Both the position numbers and the translations under genes were made by a program. This document shows positions 37,696-48,365 of a stretch of 64,000 nt of DNA, one piece after another (position 1 is the first letter of the stretch; each line of letters starts with the position of its first letter). Location of the stretch: contig JBIJDH010000009.1 in the NCBI GenBank assembly GCA_044344255.1, positions 64,001 to 128,000 on the forward strand, given 5' to 3'. The stretch is from Myxococcota bacterium (GTDB lineage: Bacteria; Myxococcota_A; UBA796; UBA2385). The notes beneath the pieces were generated by a model, which made no database searches, was not told where the DNA came from, and worked only from the letters and a program-made list of their open reading frames with translations.

Positions 37696-40044
37696 ATGCG
37701 CCCCGACCCGTCGAACGTCACCTTCCGGCCCCACGCGCTCGCCCTCCCGGCGCGCATCGCGCTGACCGCCGCCTCCCTCGGCCTGGCCTGCACCGGCGCA
37801 CCCTCCGAGCCGGTCACCCCGAAGCCGTCCACGGACGCTCGACCGAACATCTTGCTCGTCACGCTCGACACCACCCGCGCCGACGCGCTCAGCATCTACG
37901 GCAACAAGCGGGCCGCCACCCCTCGAATCGCGGCGCTGGCGGAGCAGGGGACTCGCTTCTCCCGCGCCTTTACGGTCACCCCGCTGACCATCCCGGCCCA
38001 CTCCTCGATCTTCACCGGCCTCTACCCGCCCCGACACGGCGTGAGGGACAACGGTGACTTCTTCCTCGGCCCGGAGGCCTTCACCCTGGCGGAGCGCCTC
38101 CAAGGCGCGGGCTACCAGACCTTCGCCTCCGTCGGCGCGGAGGTCACGTCCCATCATTGGGGCTTCAACCAGGGCTTCGACCAGTACTTTGACGACATGG
38201 GCCAGCCGACCGAGGCGGAGGCGAACCGCTGGCGGGTGGAGCGGCGAGGCGACCTCGTGGTCAACGACGCCCTCGGCTGGCTCGGCGCTCATGACGCCGA
38301 GCCCGCACCCTGGTTCGGCTGGGTCCACCTCTTCGACGCGCACCACCCCTACGCCGCGCCGAGCCCCTATGCGGAGCAGTACCCGGACCAGCCCTACCTC
38401 GCCGAGGTGGCCTTCCTCGACGCCCAGGTGGGCCGCCTGATCGATGACCTCCAGGCCCGCGGCGCGCTCGACCACACCTTCGTCATCGTCACCGCCGACC
38501 ACGGGGAGGGGCTCGGCTCTCACGGGGAGGCGATGCACGGCGTGCTGCTCTACAACGCCACCACCCGCATCCCGCTCGTGATGCGCCCCCCCGGCGGTCA
38601 GTCCAAGGCGGGCTTCGTCCACTTCGCCGTCAGCCTCGTCGATCTACTCCCCACGGCGCTCTCCGTCGCGGGCTTGCCGGCGCCCGAGGGCCTGGACGGG
38701 CAGGACCTCCAGCGCTGGGTGGCGCCCCCCGATCAGCAGCCCATCGCCGTCCTCGAGCGCTCTGTCCTCATCGAGTCCCTCTACGGCTGGCGTCATTACG
38801 GCTGGGCGCCCCAGCGGGCCTTGGTGGGCCGAGACGTCAAGGTCATCGACTCCACCACCCCCGAGATGTACACGCGCGACGACGTGATCGAGCTCACCGA
38901 CATCGCCGCCCAGCACCCCGAGGAGGTTTCCTCCGCGGTCCGCGACCTCGCCGCCCGATACGCCACGTGGTCCGACGTCCAGACCCTATCGGGCACCGCC
39001 GACCAGAGCGGCGAGCGGATGGCTCAGCTCGAGGCCCTCGGGTACATGACCAGCGGCACGCCCACCGTCGGCCAGGGCTTCGGAGAGGGCCTCCCCGACC
39101 CCGTGAAGCACCTCCCGGCGCTGCGGGAGATGGAGCGCGCCCGCAGCGCCCTCCAGCGGGGAGACCTCCCCGGCGCCGAGGCGGCCGCCCGCGCCCTCAT
39201 CGCCGCAGAGCCGGGCCTCGTCGAAGCCAAGAGCCTGCTCGCCCAGATCCTCTCTCGCTCGGGCCAGACCGACGCGGCGATGGAGCTGCTCACGACCCTG
39301 GACGCGGCCCAGCCCGCCACCGGAACCAAGGTGGCGATGGCCTCCCTGCTCCTCCAGCGCGGGCAGCCTCGGCGCTCGCTGCCCCTCTACGCCGCGGCGC
39401 TCGAGACCGATCCCTACTACGCCCCGGCCTGGACCGGCTACCTCCACGCCCTGTTCCTCTCCGGCGAATTCCAGCAGCTCGAGGCCGAGCTGAACCGAGC
39501 CCACAGCCGCATCCCTGACCTTCAGGCCGCTCAAACCCTGGGTGGCGTCCTGCACGCGGCGCGCGGAAAGTGGGGCCCCGCCGGTACGATGCTCTCCGCC
39601 GCTCAGGCGCGAGAGCCCTATCAGCCCTTCTTGAACCTCGGGCTCGGGATGGTGGCGATGTCCGCCGGCGAGGCCGAGGCGGCCGAGGGCCACTTCACAG
39701 AGGAGATCGCGCTCTATCCACCCGCCATCCCGGCGCGGAAGGAGCTCGTGAAGCTGTATGCAGGTCAGTCCCGGTATGCGGAGCAGCTCGAGCAGCTCGA
39801 GCCGCTCGTGAGGTTTCAGCCCGAGGACACGCTGAACCACCGGGCCCGCGCCCAGGCGCTCTTCAACCTCGGGAGGTACCCCGAGGCGAAGGCGGCCCTG
39901 AAGGGCTGCCTGGACCGGGAGCCGGAGGACGACGCCTGCCTGCTCCTCCTCGCCAACACCCAGGGCAAGCTCGGCGAGACCGAAGCCGCGAAGGCCACCT
40001 TCGAGAAGGCGAAGGTGGCGCACGCGGCGAAGGGCCCCCGCTGA
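37696..40044 (+). CDS. Sulfatase-like hydrolase/transferase with C-terminal TPR repeats (lipoprotein)
   Basis: PNILLVTLDTTRAD, PLTIPAHSSIFTG, HLFDAH, TADHGE; lipobox GLAC; TPR motifs. Confidence 0.88.
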   Translation: MRPDPSNVTFRPHALALPARIALTAASLGLACTGAPSEPVTPKPSTDARPNILLVTLDTTRADALSIYGNKRAATPRIAALAEQGTRFSRAFTVTPLTIPAHSSIFTGLYPPRHGVRDNGDFFLGPEAFTLAERLQGAGYQTFASVGAEVTSHHWGFNQGFDQYFDDMGQPTEAEANRWRVERRGDLVVNDALGWLGAHDAEPAPWFGWVHLFDAHHPYAAPSPYAEQYPDQPYLAEVAFLDAQVGRLIDDLQARGALDHTFVIVTADHGEGLGSHGEAMHGVLLYNATTRIPLVMRPPGGQSKAGFVHFAVSLVDLLPTALSVAGLPAPEGLDGQDLQRWVAPPDQQPIAVLERSVLIESLYGWRHYGWAPQRALVGRDVKVIDSTTPEMYTRDDVIELTDIAAQHPEEVSSAVRDLAARYATWSDVQTLSGTADQSGERMAQLEALGYMTSGTPTVGQGFGEGLPDPVKHLPALREMERARSALQRGDLPGAEAAARALIAAEPGLVEAKSLLAQILSRSGQTDAAMELLTTLDAAQPATGTKVAMASLLLQRGQPRRSLPLYAAALETDPYYAPAWTGYLHALFLSGEFQQLEAELNRAHSRIPDLQAAQTLGGVLHAARGKWGPAGTMLSAAQAREPYQPFLNLGLGMVAMSAGEAEAAEGHFTEEIALYPPAIPARKELVKLYAGQSRYAEQLEQLEPLVRFQPEDTLNHRARAQALFNLGRYPEAKAALKGCLDREPEDDACLLLLANTQGKLGETEAAKATFEKAKVAHAAKGPR

Positions 40045-40060
40045 GCCCGAGCCGAGCGGC

Positions 40061-41296
<1,236 letters not shown>

Positions 41297-41355
41297 GGTG
41301 CGTCTCCAGGGGGTGAGATCGGGGATCCAAGGGTACCAAGCGAGGCCGCGCTCGG

Positions 41356-42981
41356 TCAAACGCTGATCGCGCCCTTGCGGAAGTCGCTGGCGCCGATCTT
41401 GACGTTGACCAGGGCCGGCTTGCCGCTGGCCAGAGCGCGCTCGATCGCAGGGCGCATCTCTTCGGGGCGCTCCACGTACTCACCGTGCCCGCCCAGGGCC
41501 TCGACGACCCGGTCGTAGCGCGTGAACTCGAGGCGGGTGGCTGGAGAGCGCTCCTCGCCGAAGAACTCGAGCTGGCCGCGGCGGATCTGGGTCCACGCGG
41601 CGTCGTTGCCCACCACGCCGATGACCGGGATGCCCTGGCGGGCCATGGCCTCGAACTCAAAGCCGTTGAGGCCGAAGGAGCCGTCTCCGTAGATGATGAA
41701 GACGGGGCTGTTCGGCCGCGCGAGCTGGGCAGCCATCGCGAAGCCAGGGCCCACGCCGAGCGTGCCGAGGGGGCCAGGGTCCATCCAGTGGCCAGGGTGG
41801 CGGACATCGACGAGCTTGGCCGCGGTGCCCACGATGTCGCCGCCGTCACAGATGACGGTGGAGTCGCCGGGGATGGCGTCTGCGAGCTCCTTGGCGAAGC
41901 GGAGCGGATTGACGGGGGAGGCGTCGGAGGCCATCTCTTCCCGCATCTTGTCGTACTGCCGCTGCTCCATCTGGCGGACCTGGTCGATCCAGCCGCTCGT
42001 CGGTCGAGAGCCGGCCTCTGCGAGCTGCTTCATGACGAGGCCGCTGTCGGCCTGGAGACCCACGTCGGCGCCGCGGTTGTGGCCGATGACGTGCGGATCG
42101 AGGTCAACCTGGATGACCTTCGCGTCGGCCTCGATGCTCTGGCCGTAGCCGAGCCGGAAGTCCCACGGGGTGCCGAAGATCACCACGACGTCGGCCTTGG
42201 CGAGGGCACCCGAACGACAGAGGCGGAAGAAGTGGCGGTCCTCCGGGGCGAGCGCGCCGCGGGCGCCGCCGTTGAGGAAGCAGGGCATGTCGTAGCGGCG
42301 GAGGAACTCGCCGAGGGCGTCGCGGTAGGGGCTGAAGAACCACTGGGTGCCCACCACGGCGACCGGGCGCTCCGCCCCTGCGAGCAAGCGGGCCGCGGCC
42401 TCGATGCCGGCCGGATCGCCGCCGGTGGCCTGGCGGGTGCGGGAGTTCTCCGGCCAGGAGATGAAGCTGTCGTCCTCCTCGGTGAGCAGCACGTCCAAGG
42501 GCAGCTCGAGGAAGACCGGCCCCGGGACGCCGGTGGTCGCCTTGCGGAAGGCCATCGCGAGGTAGTCGGGGATGCGCCGAACCTCGGGGACGGTGGCCGA
42601 CCAGCGGGTGATGCTGCGCATCAGGGTGACGTGGTCCATCTCCTGGAGGCTGCCCATCTCGCGCAGGGCGTTGGGGCCCTGGCCGCCGATCAAGACCATC
42701 GGGATGCCGCCCCGCCAGGCGTTGGCGACGGCGGTGACGGCGTCGGTGACACCGGGCCCGGCGGTGACCGCCGCGACGCCCGGCTGACCCGTGGCGCGCG
42801 CCCAGCCCTCGGCGGCGTGGCCGGCGGACTGCTCGTGTCGGGTGTCGACGACGCGGATGCCCTCATCGAGGCAACCGTCGTAGATGTGCTGGATATGGCC
42901 CCCACACAGCGTGAACAGGTGGCTTACACCCTCACGTTTCAGGGCTCGGGCCACCAGGGCGCCACCATGCTTGGAAGCCAT
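41356..42981 (-). CDS. ThDP-dependent enzyme (acetolactate synthase-like / 2-hydroxyacyl-CoA lyase family)
   Basis: FTLCGGHI, RHEQSAGHAA, TAGPG, GTLGVG, GDGSFG...NDAAW. Confidence 0.9.
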   Translation of the reverse strand: MASKHGGALVARALKREGVSHLFTLCGGHIQHIYDGCLDEGIRVVDTRHEQSAGHAAEGWARATGQPGVAAVTAGPGVTDAVTAVANAWRGGIPMVLIGGQGPNALREMGSLQEMDHVTLMRSITRWSATVPEVRRIPDYLAMAFRKATTGVPGPVFLELPLDVLLTEEDDSFISWPENSRTRQATGGDPAGIEAAARLLAGAERPVAVVGTQWFFSPYRDALGEFLRRYDMPCFLNGGARGALAPEDRHFFRLCRSGALAKADVVVIFGTPWDFRLGYGQSIEADAKVIQVDLDPHVIGHNRGADVGLQADSGLVMKQLAEAGSRPTSGWIDQVRQMEQRQYDKMREEMASDASPVNPLRFAKELADAIPGDSTVICDGGDIVGTAAKLVDVRHPGHWMDPGPLGTLGVGPGFAMAAQLARPNSPVFIIYGDGSFGLNGFEFEAMARQGIPVIGVVGNDAAWTQIRRGQLEFFGEERSPATRLEFTRYDRVVEALGGHGEYVERPEEMRPAIERALASGKPALVNVKIGASDFRKGAISV

Positions 42982-43118
42982 CTCATCCCTCCGAAAAATG
43001 TCGGCTGGACTATCCCAAGACCGGCCCACCTGCCCCCCGGAATTCGGCGGGTCGGGCGCGGGTGTGTCGAGAGGGGCACCCTGGCTGCGGAGACCCGCTG
43101 GCGCTACGCTCCTCCGGG

Positions 43119-43706
43119 ATGAGCGCCCCACCGCCGGAGCCCGCCGAGCCGCCCCCGCCCAAGGGGGGCCGGGCCCTCTTGAGCCGGCGCACGATCCTGT
43201 GGGCTGGGCTCGGCTCGGCGGCCCTCCTCGGCGCCGGGGGCCTCGCCCTGCACCTCGACCCGCCGGCCGAGGGGCTCCGCGCCCTCTCGGCGGCCGACGT
43301 CCGGGTGGTCGAGAAGCTGGCCGCGGTGCTCTTCCCCGCGGGCAAATTCCCTGTCACCGGGGGGGACGGCGGCACGGCGCCGCTCGTGGACGCCATCCTC
43401 GCTGACGCCTTCGATCCGGCGGCGGTCCGGCCCTTCCGGACCCTCCTCCGGGCCCTCGAGCTGAGCACCCAGCTCATCGAAGGCGCGCGCTTCACCGCGC
43501 TCTCCGACGCGGGGGCGCGCGCGGTCTTTCACCTCTGGTGCGCGCCCGAGCCGATGCCGCGCCGCCTCGCCAGCGACTCCCTGAAGGTGGTGGTGGGCAT
43601 GGGCTTCCTGCGGCGCCCCGAGGTCGTGGCCGCCATCGGCTGGCGGGTCGGCTGCCGGGCCGCGCCCGCGCCCCCTCCCGGGACGTCGGGAGCGGGGGTC
43701 CCATGA
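43119..43706 (+). CDS. Tat-signal small subunit of GMC oxidoreductase (gluconate 2-dehydrogenase subunit 3-like)
   Basis: LSRRTIL followed by a hydrophobic stretch; RFTALS motif; ATGA overlap with the GMC gene. Confidence 0.65.
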   Translation: MSAPPPEPAEPPPPKGGRALLSRRTILWAGLGSAALLGAGGLALHLDPPAEGLRALSAADVRVVEKLAAVLFPAGKFPVTGGDGGTAPLVDAILADAFDPAAVRPFRTLLRALELSTQLIEGARFTALSDAGARAVFHLWCAPEPMPRRLASDSLKVVVGMGFLRRPEVVAAIGWRVGCRAAPAPPPGTSGAGVP

Positions 43707-45196
43707 AGCTGGGCTTCGAGAGCTACGCCGCCGAGCAGGTCTGGAAGGCCGATGTCGTCGTGCTCGGCGCGGGTGCGGGCGGGAGCGCGGTGGCCTGCGC
43801 CCTCGCCGAGGCCGGCCTCGATGTGCTGGTGCTGGAGGAGGGTCGGCATTGGCGGCCCGACCAGTTCCAGGCCGACTCCGCCTGGGCCTACCGCAACATC
43901 TACGCGGGCCGTGGGTCACGCAGCGCGGCCGGCAACTGCCTCATCCCCGTCCCCGGCGGCCGTGGGGTGGGCGGGAGCACGCTCATTAACAGCGCGATCT
44001 GCTTCCGCACGCCCGACCCGGTCTTGAAGGACTGGTCGGAATCCTACGGGTGCTCGCGCCTCACGCACGAACAAATGAGCCCGCTCCTCGACCGCGTCTG
44101 GCGCACCATCGGGGTGACCGTCAACCCGGTCGAGGTGCAGCGGAACAACAACCTCATCTTCAAGGCCGGCTCGGACCGCCTCGGGCTCCCTGGCCAGTGG
44201 ATAGCCCGCTCCGCCCCGACCTGCGTGGGCTGTGGGGTCTGCCAGTTCGGGTGCCCGACCGGTGGAAAGTCAACGGTAGATCGGTCATTTCTCCAGATCG
44301 CGATCGAGACGGGGCGGGTGAGGGTCCACGCCGACTGCAGGGTCGAGACGGTGGAGGTCGAGGGGAGCCAGGTCCGCCGCGTCCACGGGCTGACGATCGA
44401 TCCGAGCACCCTCGAGCCCGCCGGGCGCTTCACAGTGGAGGCCCGCCAATTCGTGCTCAGCGCGGGGCCGATCGGCTCACCTCGATTCCTCCAGAAGAAC
44501 GGCCTCGCCGAGGAGGGGATCTGCGGCGGTAACCTCCACCTGCACCCGGCGAGCGGCATGCTGGCCCGCTTCATCCAAGAGATCCGGCCCTGGCATGGCG
44601 TAACACAAGGTTACTACGTCGATCGCTGGGACCGCGGCTACCTGCTGCAGACCTTCACGACCTCCCCCGACCAGACCTACGTGGCCATGCCCTGGTCGCT
44701 CGGGGATGACCTCGTGCACATCATGCGCGATCTCATCCACATGGCGATGGCCGGCCCCCTCGTCCACGACGTGGACAGCATCGGCACCGTCGGCTGGAAG
44801 GGGATGACCTACTTCGTGGGCGAACAGGACCGCCGAACCGTGATCGCCGGGCTCCGGGAGTGCGCCCGGGTCTTCTTCTCTGCGGGGGCGACCGAGATCT
44901 ATCCGCCGGTCATCGGCGGCACGAAGATCCGCTCCGAGGCGGACATCGACAGGGTCATCCACGAGGACATCCCCGCCAGCCAGCTCTATCTGTACGCCAG
45001 CCACCCGATGGGCACCTGTCGGATGGGGGCGGATCCCAGCCGGAGCGTGGTCGATCCGGACGGCCGCGTCTGGGGCTGGGACAACCTCTACGTCTCAGAC
45101 GCCAGCGTCTTCCCCACCTCCCTCGGCGTGAACCCCCAGGTCACCACCATGGCGGTGGGGCTCACCATCGGCGCCGCGGTGGCCAGCCGGGCCTGA
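43703..45196 (+). CDS. GMC-family oxidoreductase
   Basis: GAGAGG, GRGVGGSTLIN, CVGCGVCQFGC, HPMGTCRMG, DASVFPTSLGVNP. Confidence 0.92.
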   Translation: MKLGFESYAAEQVWKADVVVLGAGAGGSAVACALAEAGLDVLVLEEGRHWRPDQFQADSAWAYRNIYAGRGSRSAAGNCLIPVPGGRGVGGSTLINSAICFRTPDPVLKDWSESYGCSRLTHEQMSPLLDRVWRTIGVTVNPVEVQRNNNLIFKAGSDRLGLPGQWIARSAPTCVGCGVCQFGCPTGGKSTVDRSFLQIAIETGRVRVHADCRVETVEVEGSQVRRVHGLTIDPSTLEPAGRFTVEARQFVLSAGPIGSPRFLQKNGLAEEGICGGNLHLHPASGMLARFIQEIRPWHGVTQGYYVDRWDRGYLLQTFTTSPDQTYVAMPWSLGDDLVHIMRDLIHMAMAGPLVHDVDSIGTVGWKGMTYFVGEQDRRTVIAGLRECARVFFSAGATEIYPPVIGGTKIRSEADIDRVIHEDIPASQLYLYASHPMGTCRMGADPSRSVVDPDGRVWGWDNLYVSDASVFPTSLGVNPQVTTMAVGLTIGAAVASRA

Positions 45197-45198
45197 GC

Positions 45199-45543
45199 TC
45201 AGCCCGGCACCGCCGGCACGTCCAGGCAGAGCGCCCCGGTACCCTGAGCGAAGGTCAGCGAGATCGTACCGGCCAGATCGACATCCCCATCCGCGGGGAG
45301 GGCCGCGAGCGCCTCGGCCGCGGCGGGCGAGAGAGACAGCCCCCGAGCGGAGAGGCCGCGCGCGAAGGCCGGCCCTGCCGTGGCCGGGAGCTCGATGTGA
45401 AAGGAGGCCATCAGGTCGCCGAACAGGTGGGTGTCGAGCAGCCAGCCACCCGACTCGACGAGCACGTCCCGCACGGCCTCCAGCGCGGCGTGACGGTCTC
45501 CGCGCGCGACCAGCTCGAGCGGGGGGAGGCTTCGGGCGCTCAC
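45199..45543 (-). CDS. Hypothetical protein (possible ACT/ferredoxin-like fold)
   Basis: GTGA overlap with the CoaB-like gene; GGW...D...F.D...S and VPAVPG C-terminus. Confidence 0.6.
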   Translation of the reverse strand: MSARSLPPLELVARGDRHAALEAVRDVLVESGGWLLDTHLFGDLMASFHIELPATAGPAFARGLSARGLSLSPAAAEALAALPADGDVDLAGTISLTFAQGTGALCLDVPAVPG

Positions 45544-46175
45544 GAAGCGAAGGCCCGCGCCCGAAGGCGGCTCACGAGGGCCTCAAGCGCATGCGTACGA
45601 TCCTCGAAGTGCTCGACGCCCCCTTCATCGGCGATCAGCAGGCGGCTGCCGAGGGCGCCGATCACGTTGCCAAAGACCAGGTCACTCGACGTGCGGAGGC
45701 GCTGGGCCGTCGCGATGCCGGCGAGGTCGAGGGCGGTGGTCTCCGGAGCGGCGGCCTTGAAGGAGACGAGGAACGTGCGCGGTGACCAGGCCTTCACCCG
45801 GTCCACGATCTTCGGCGTCGGGCGGAGTCGGAGCACGATCTCCGCCTGTCCAGACGGGATCTTGGAGGGGGTGGCCTCGACGGCGTAGTCTCCGACCGCC
45901 GCCGAATGAAGCAGCACCCCATCGGGGTGGGCGGTCACCCAGCGCTCCATCCGCTCCAACAGGTCGAGCGTGCCGCCGTACTCCTCGCGCAAGACACTCA
46001 CGGGCGCCCGCAACAGCGCCTCTGGATTGCCGAAGACCGTGATCGGACCACAGTCTGCGAGCCGGTCGGCCAGCCAGGCTGCCGTGCCGCCCCCGGCGTG
46101 AGAGGAGAGGTATCGGATGGCGTCCACCGGGTTTCGGGTGGCGCCCGCGGTGATGAGGATGGGTCGTCGGCGCAT
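45540..46175 (-). CDS. Stand-alone phosphopantothenate-cysteine ligase (CoaB) domain protein
   Basis: LITAGATRNPVDAIRYLS, HSAAVGDY, KIPSG, PTPKI, VSFK. Confidence 0.8.
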   Translation of the reverse strand: MRRRPILITAGATRNPVDAIRYLSSHAGGGTAAWLADRLADCGPITVFGNPEALLRAPVSVLREEYGGTLDLLERMERWVTAHPDGVLLHSAAVGDYAVEATPSKIPSGQAEIVLRLRPTPKIVDRVKAWSPRTFLVSFKAAAPETTALDLAGIATAQRLRTSSDLVFGNVIGALGSRLLIADEGGVEHFEDRTHALEALVSRLRARAFAS

Positions 46176-46262
46176 GGCGCAGCGCTATCCGTGCGGAGCG
46201 GACAGGGCCCACATCGGCGCGAGGCTTGCCCGAACGCAGCCTGTGGAAGTAAGGTGCGGTCA

Positions 46263-47141
46263 ATGCACCCACCGCCTCCGTCCACTCTTCCGTCGCCGGG
46301 CGCCCTCGCACCCGAGGCGACCGCACCCCCTCCAGCCCTCTGGTCCCTGGCCGCCGAGGCGCTCCGCCGCCGCTTCGGCCCCCCGCCAGAGGCTGCCGTC
46401 GTCCTGGGCAGCGGCATGTCCGGCCTGGCTGATCGGCTCACCGATCGGGAGGGCGACGTCCCCTACGGCGCGCTCGGCCTGCCGGCCACCGGCGTCGCCG
46501 GCCACGCGGGCACCCTGTCAGTCGGGACCCTCTCCGGTGTGCGCCTCGCGCTGCTGGCCGGTCGAGTCCACCTGTATGAGGGCCGCCCCGTCGAAGAGAG
46601 CCTCCGGCATGTCCGCGCGCTCGGCGCCTGGGGAGTCCGGCGCCTCTTGCTCACGAGCGCCGTCGGTGGGATCCGCGACGATCTCTCCCCCGGGCTGCTG
46701 GTGCGGATCACCGATCACATCAACCTCATCGGTCGCAACCCGCTGGTCGGCCCGAACGAAGCGGCGCAGGGTGAGCGCTTCTTTGACCTCACCGACGCCT
46801 ACTCCCCCCGGCTCGCCGCCGTCCTCGACGACGCAGCGAGACATGCTGGTGTAACGCTCAAGTCTGGCGTCTATGCCGCGGTGTCTGGCCCCACCTACGA
46901 GACACCAGCAGAGATCCGGATGCTCGGCCTATTGGGCGCCGATGTTGTGGGGATGTCCCTCATCCCCGAGGTGATGGCCGGCCGTCACCAGGGGATGGAG
47001 GTCGCCGCCGTGGCGGTCATCTCGAACCGCGCCGCGGGTCTCTCCGCCGAGCGACTCACGCACGAAGACGTTCAGCTCGTCGTCGGCCGGGCGGCCGACC
47101 AGATGACGCAGATCTTGAAAGAGACGGTGATCCGATGGTGA
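46263..47141 (+). CDS. punA: Purine nucleoside phosphorylase
   Basis: VLGSG, VAGHAG, GRVHLYEG, DHIN, GPTYETPAE, DVVGMS, ISNRAAG. Confidence 0.93.
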   Translation: MHPPPPSTLPSPGALAPEATAPPPALWSLAAEALRRRFGPPPEAAVVLGSGMSGLADRLTDREGDVPYGALGLPATGVAGHAGTLSVGTLSGVRLALLAGRVHLYEGRPVEESLRHVRALGAWGVRRLLLTSAVGGIRDDLSPGLLVRITDHINLIGRNPLVGPNEAAQGERFFDLTDAYSPRLAAVLDDAARHAGVTLKSGVYAAVSGPTYETPAEIRMLGLLGADVVGMSLIPEVMAGRHQGMEVAAVAVISNRAAGLSAERLTHEDVQLVVGRAADQMTQILKETVIRW

Positions 47142-47578
47142 CTGAAGCCGATCAAGAGCTCATCGACGCCGCCATCGCGGCCCGCGAGAACGCCTTTGCT
47201 CCGTACTCCGGGTACAAGGTAGGCGCGGCCGTCCGCACGGCGAGCGGGCGTATCTTCACGGGATGTAACGTCGAGATCTCGAGCTTTTCGCACACTTGCT
47301 GCGCCGAGCGGGTGGCGGTCTTCAAGGCCGTCAGCGAGGGCGAGCGTGAGCTGATCGCCGCGGCGGTGATCACCATTGACGCCGAGCCGGGCACCCCCTG
47401 CGGAGCCTGTCGACAGGTGCTCTTCGAATTTGGCCCGAACATGGACGTCTGGCTCTCGAACCTCGACGGCGTCGTGCGGAAGCGGAACAGCCGTGAGCTC
47501 ATCCCCGACGCCTTCGGCCCGGGTTGGGTCCTGCCCCATATCCAGCGCCGTCACGGCCGCGAGGGAGAGCGAGGCTGA
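47135..47578 (+). CDS. cdd: Cytidine deaminase
   Basis: APYSGYKVGAA, GCNVE, CAERVA, PCGACRQ. Confidence 0.95.
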   Translation: MVTEADQELIDAAIAARENAFAPYSGYKVGAAVRTASGRIFTGCNVEISSFSHTCCAERVAVFKAVSEGERELIAAAVITIDAEPGTPCGACRQVLFEFGPNMDVWLSNLDGVVRKRNSRELIPDAFGPGWVLPHIQRRHGREGERG

Positions 47579-47597
47579 GCCGAGCCGGCCGCGTTGC

Positions 47598-48365
47598 TCA
47601 GCGGACAGTCCGGAGAAAGTGCTCGATCAACTCTCGCAGCGGTGCGGGGTGCGTGAGCTGCGCGCGATGGCCCCCTTGGACCGTCTCCGCGCCGGCCAGG
47701 GGGAGGTCGCGCTGGGCGTCGGCGACGGTCCAGGGGGCCTCCCGATCGAGCTGCCCGCGCAGCCAGAGCGTCGGGACGGGCGGCGGCGGGCCGAGCGCCC
47801 AGCCCCGGATCGCCCAGAGGCGGCCCCGGAGCGTGTCCCGCGAGGGGAGGTCGTCCAGCAAGGGCTCGCGCCAGACCGACGCCACCCCCTCCTCGGTCAT
47901 CCGGTGGGCGATGCGCCGCCGATAGGCCACTCGAAACACCGCCTCGGGCACCCAAGCGAGGCGCTGGGCCTGGCGCTCCACTGCCAGCGGGAGGTGGCGT
48001 CGAGCGGGGAGCGTGCCGAGCGTGACGAGCCCGGCCACCCGCTCCGGGGCCCGCTCGGCCATCGCCCGCGCGACGAGCCCGCCGAAGCTGAGCCCGAAGA
48101 CGGCGAAGCGGGGCGCCCGGATGCGGGAGAGCAGGCCCGCGGCGAGGGCGGGCAGCCCGCCGTCCGAGCTCGAAGGGAGGTCAAAGGCGAAGGTGGGGCG
48201 CCGATCTCCGAGGGCGGCGAGCGCGACGAAGCACCGGCCGTCTCCCTCGATACCGGGCAGCAAGAACAGCGGCAGGCCCGTCGCTCCGCGCAGCCCGACC
48301 TGCCAGCGCCCGGGATCGTCGGGGAGGGCGCGGAGGGCGGTGAAGGGCTCGCCGAGGACCCTCAC
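47598..48365 (-). CDS. Alpha/beta hydrolase (thioesterase-like)
   Basis: LFLLPGIEG, GLSFGG (GxSxG), GGH; GTGA coupling to the upstream gene. Confidence 0.8.
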   Translation of the reverse strand: MRVLGEPFTALRALPDDPGRWQVGLRGATGLPLFLLPGIEGDGRCFVALAALGDRRPTFAFDLPSSSDGGLPALAAGLLSRIRAPRFAVFGLSFGGLVARAMAERAPERVAGLVTLGTLPARRHLPLAVERQAQRLAWVPEAVFRVAYRRRIAHRMTEEGVASVWREPLLDDLPSRDTLRGRLWAIRGWALGPPPPVPTLWLRGQLDREAPWTVADAQRDLPLAGAETVQGGHRAQLTHPAPLRELIEHFLRTVR

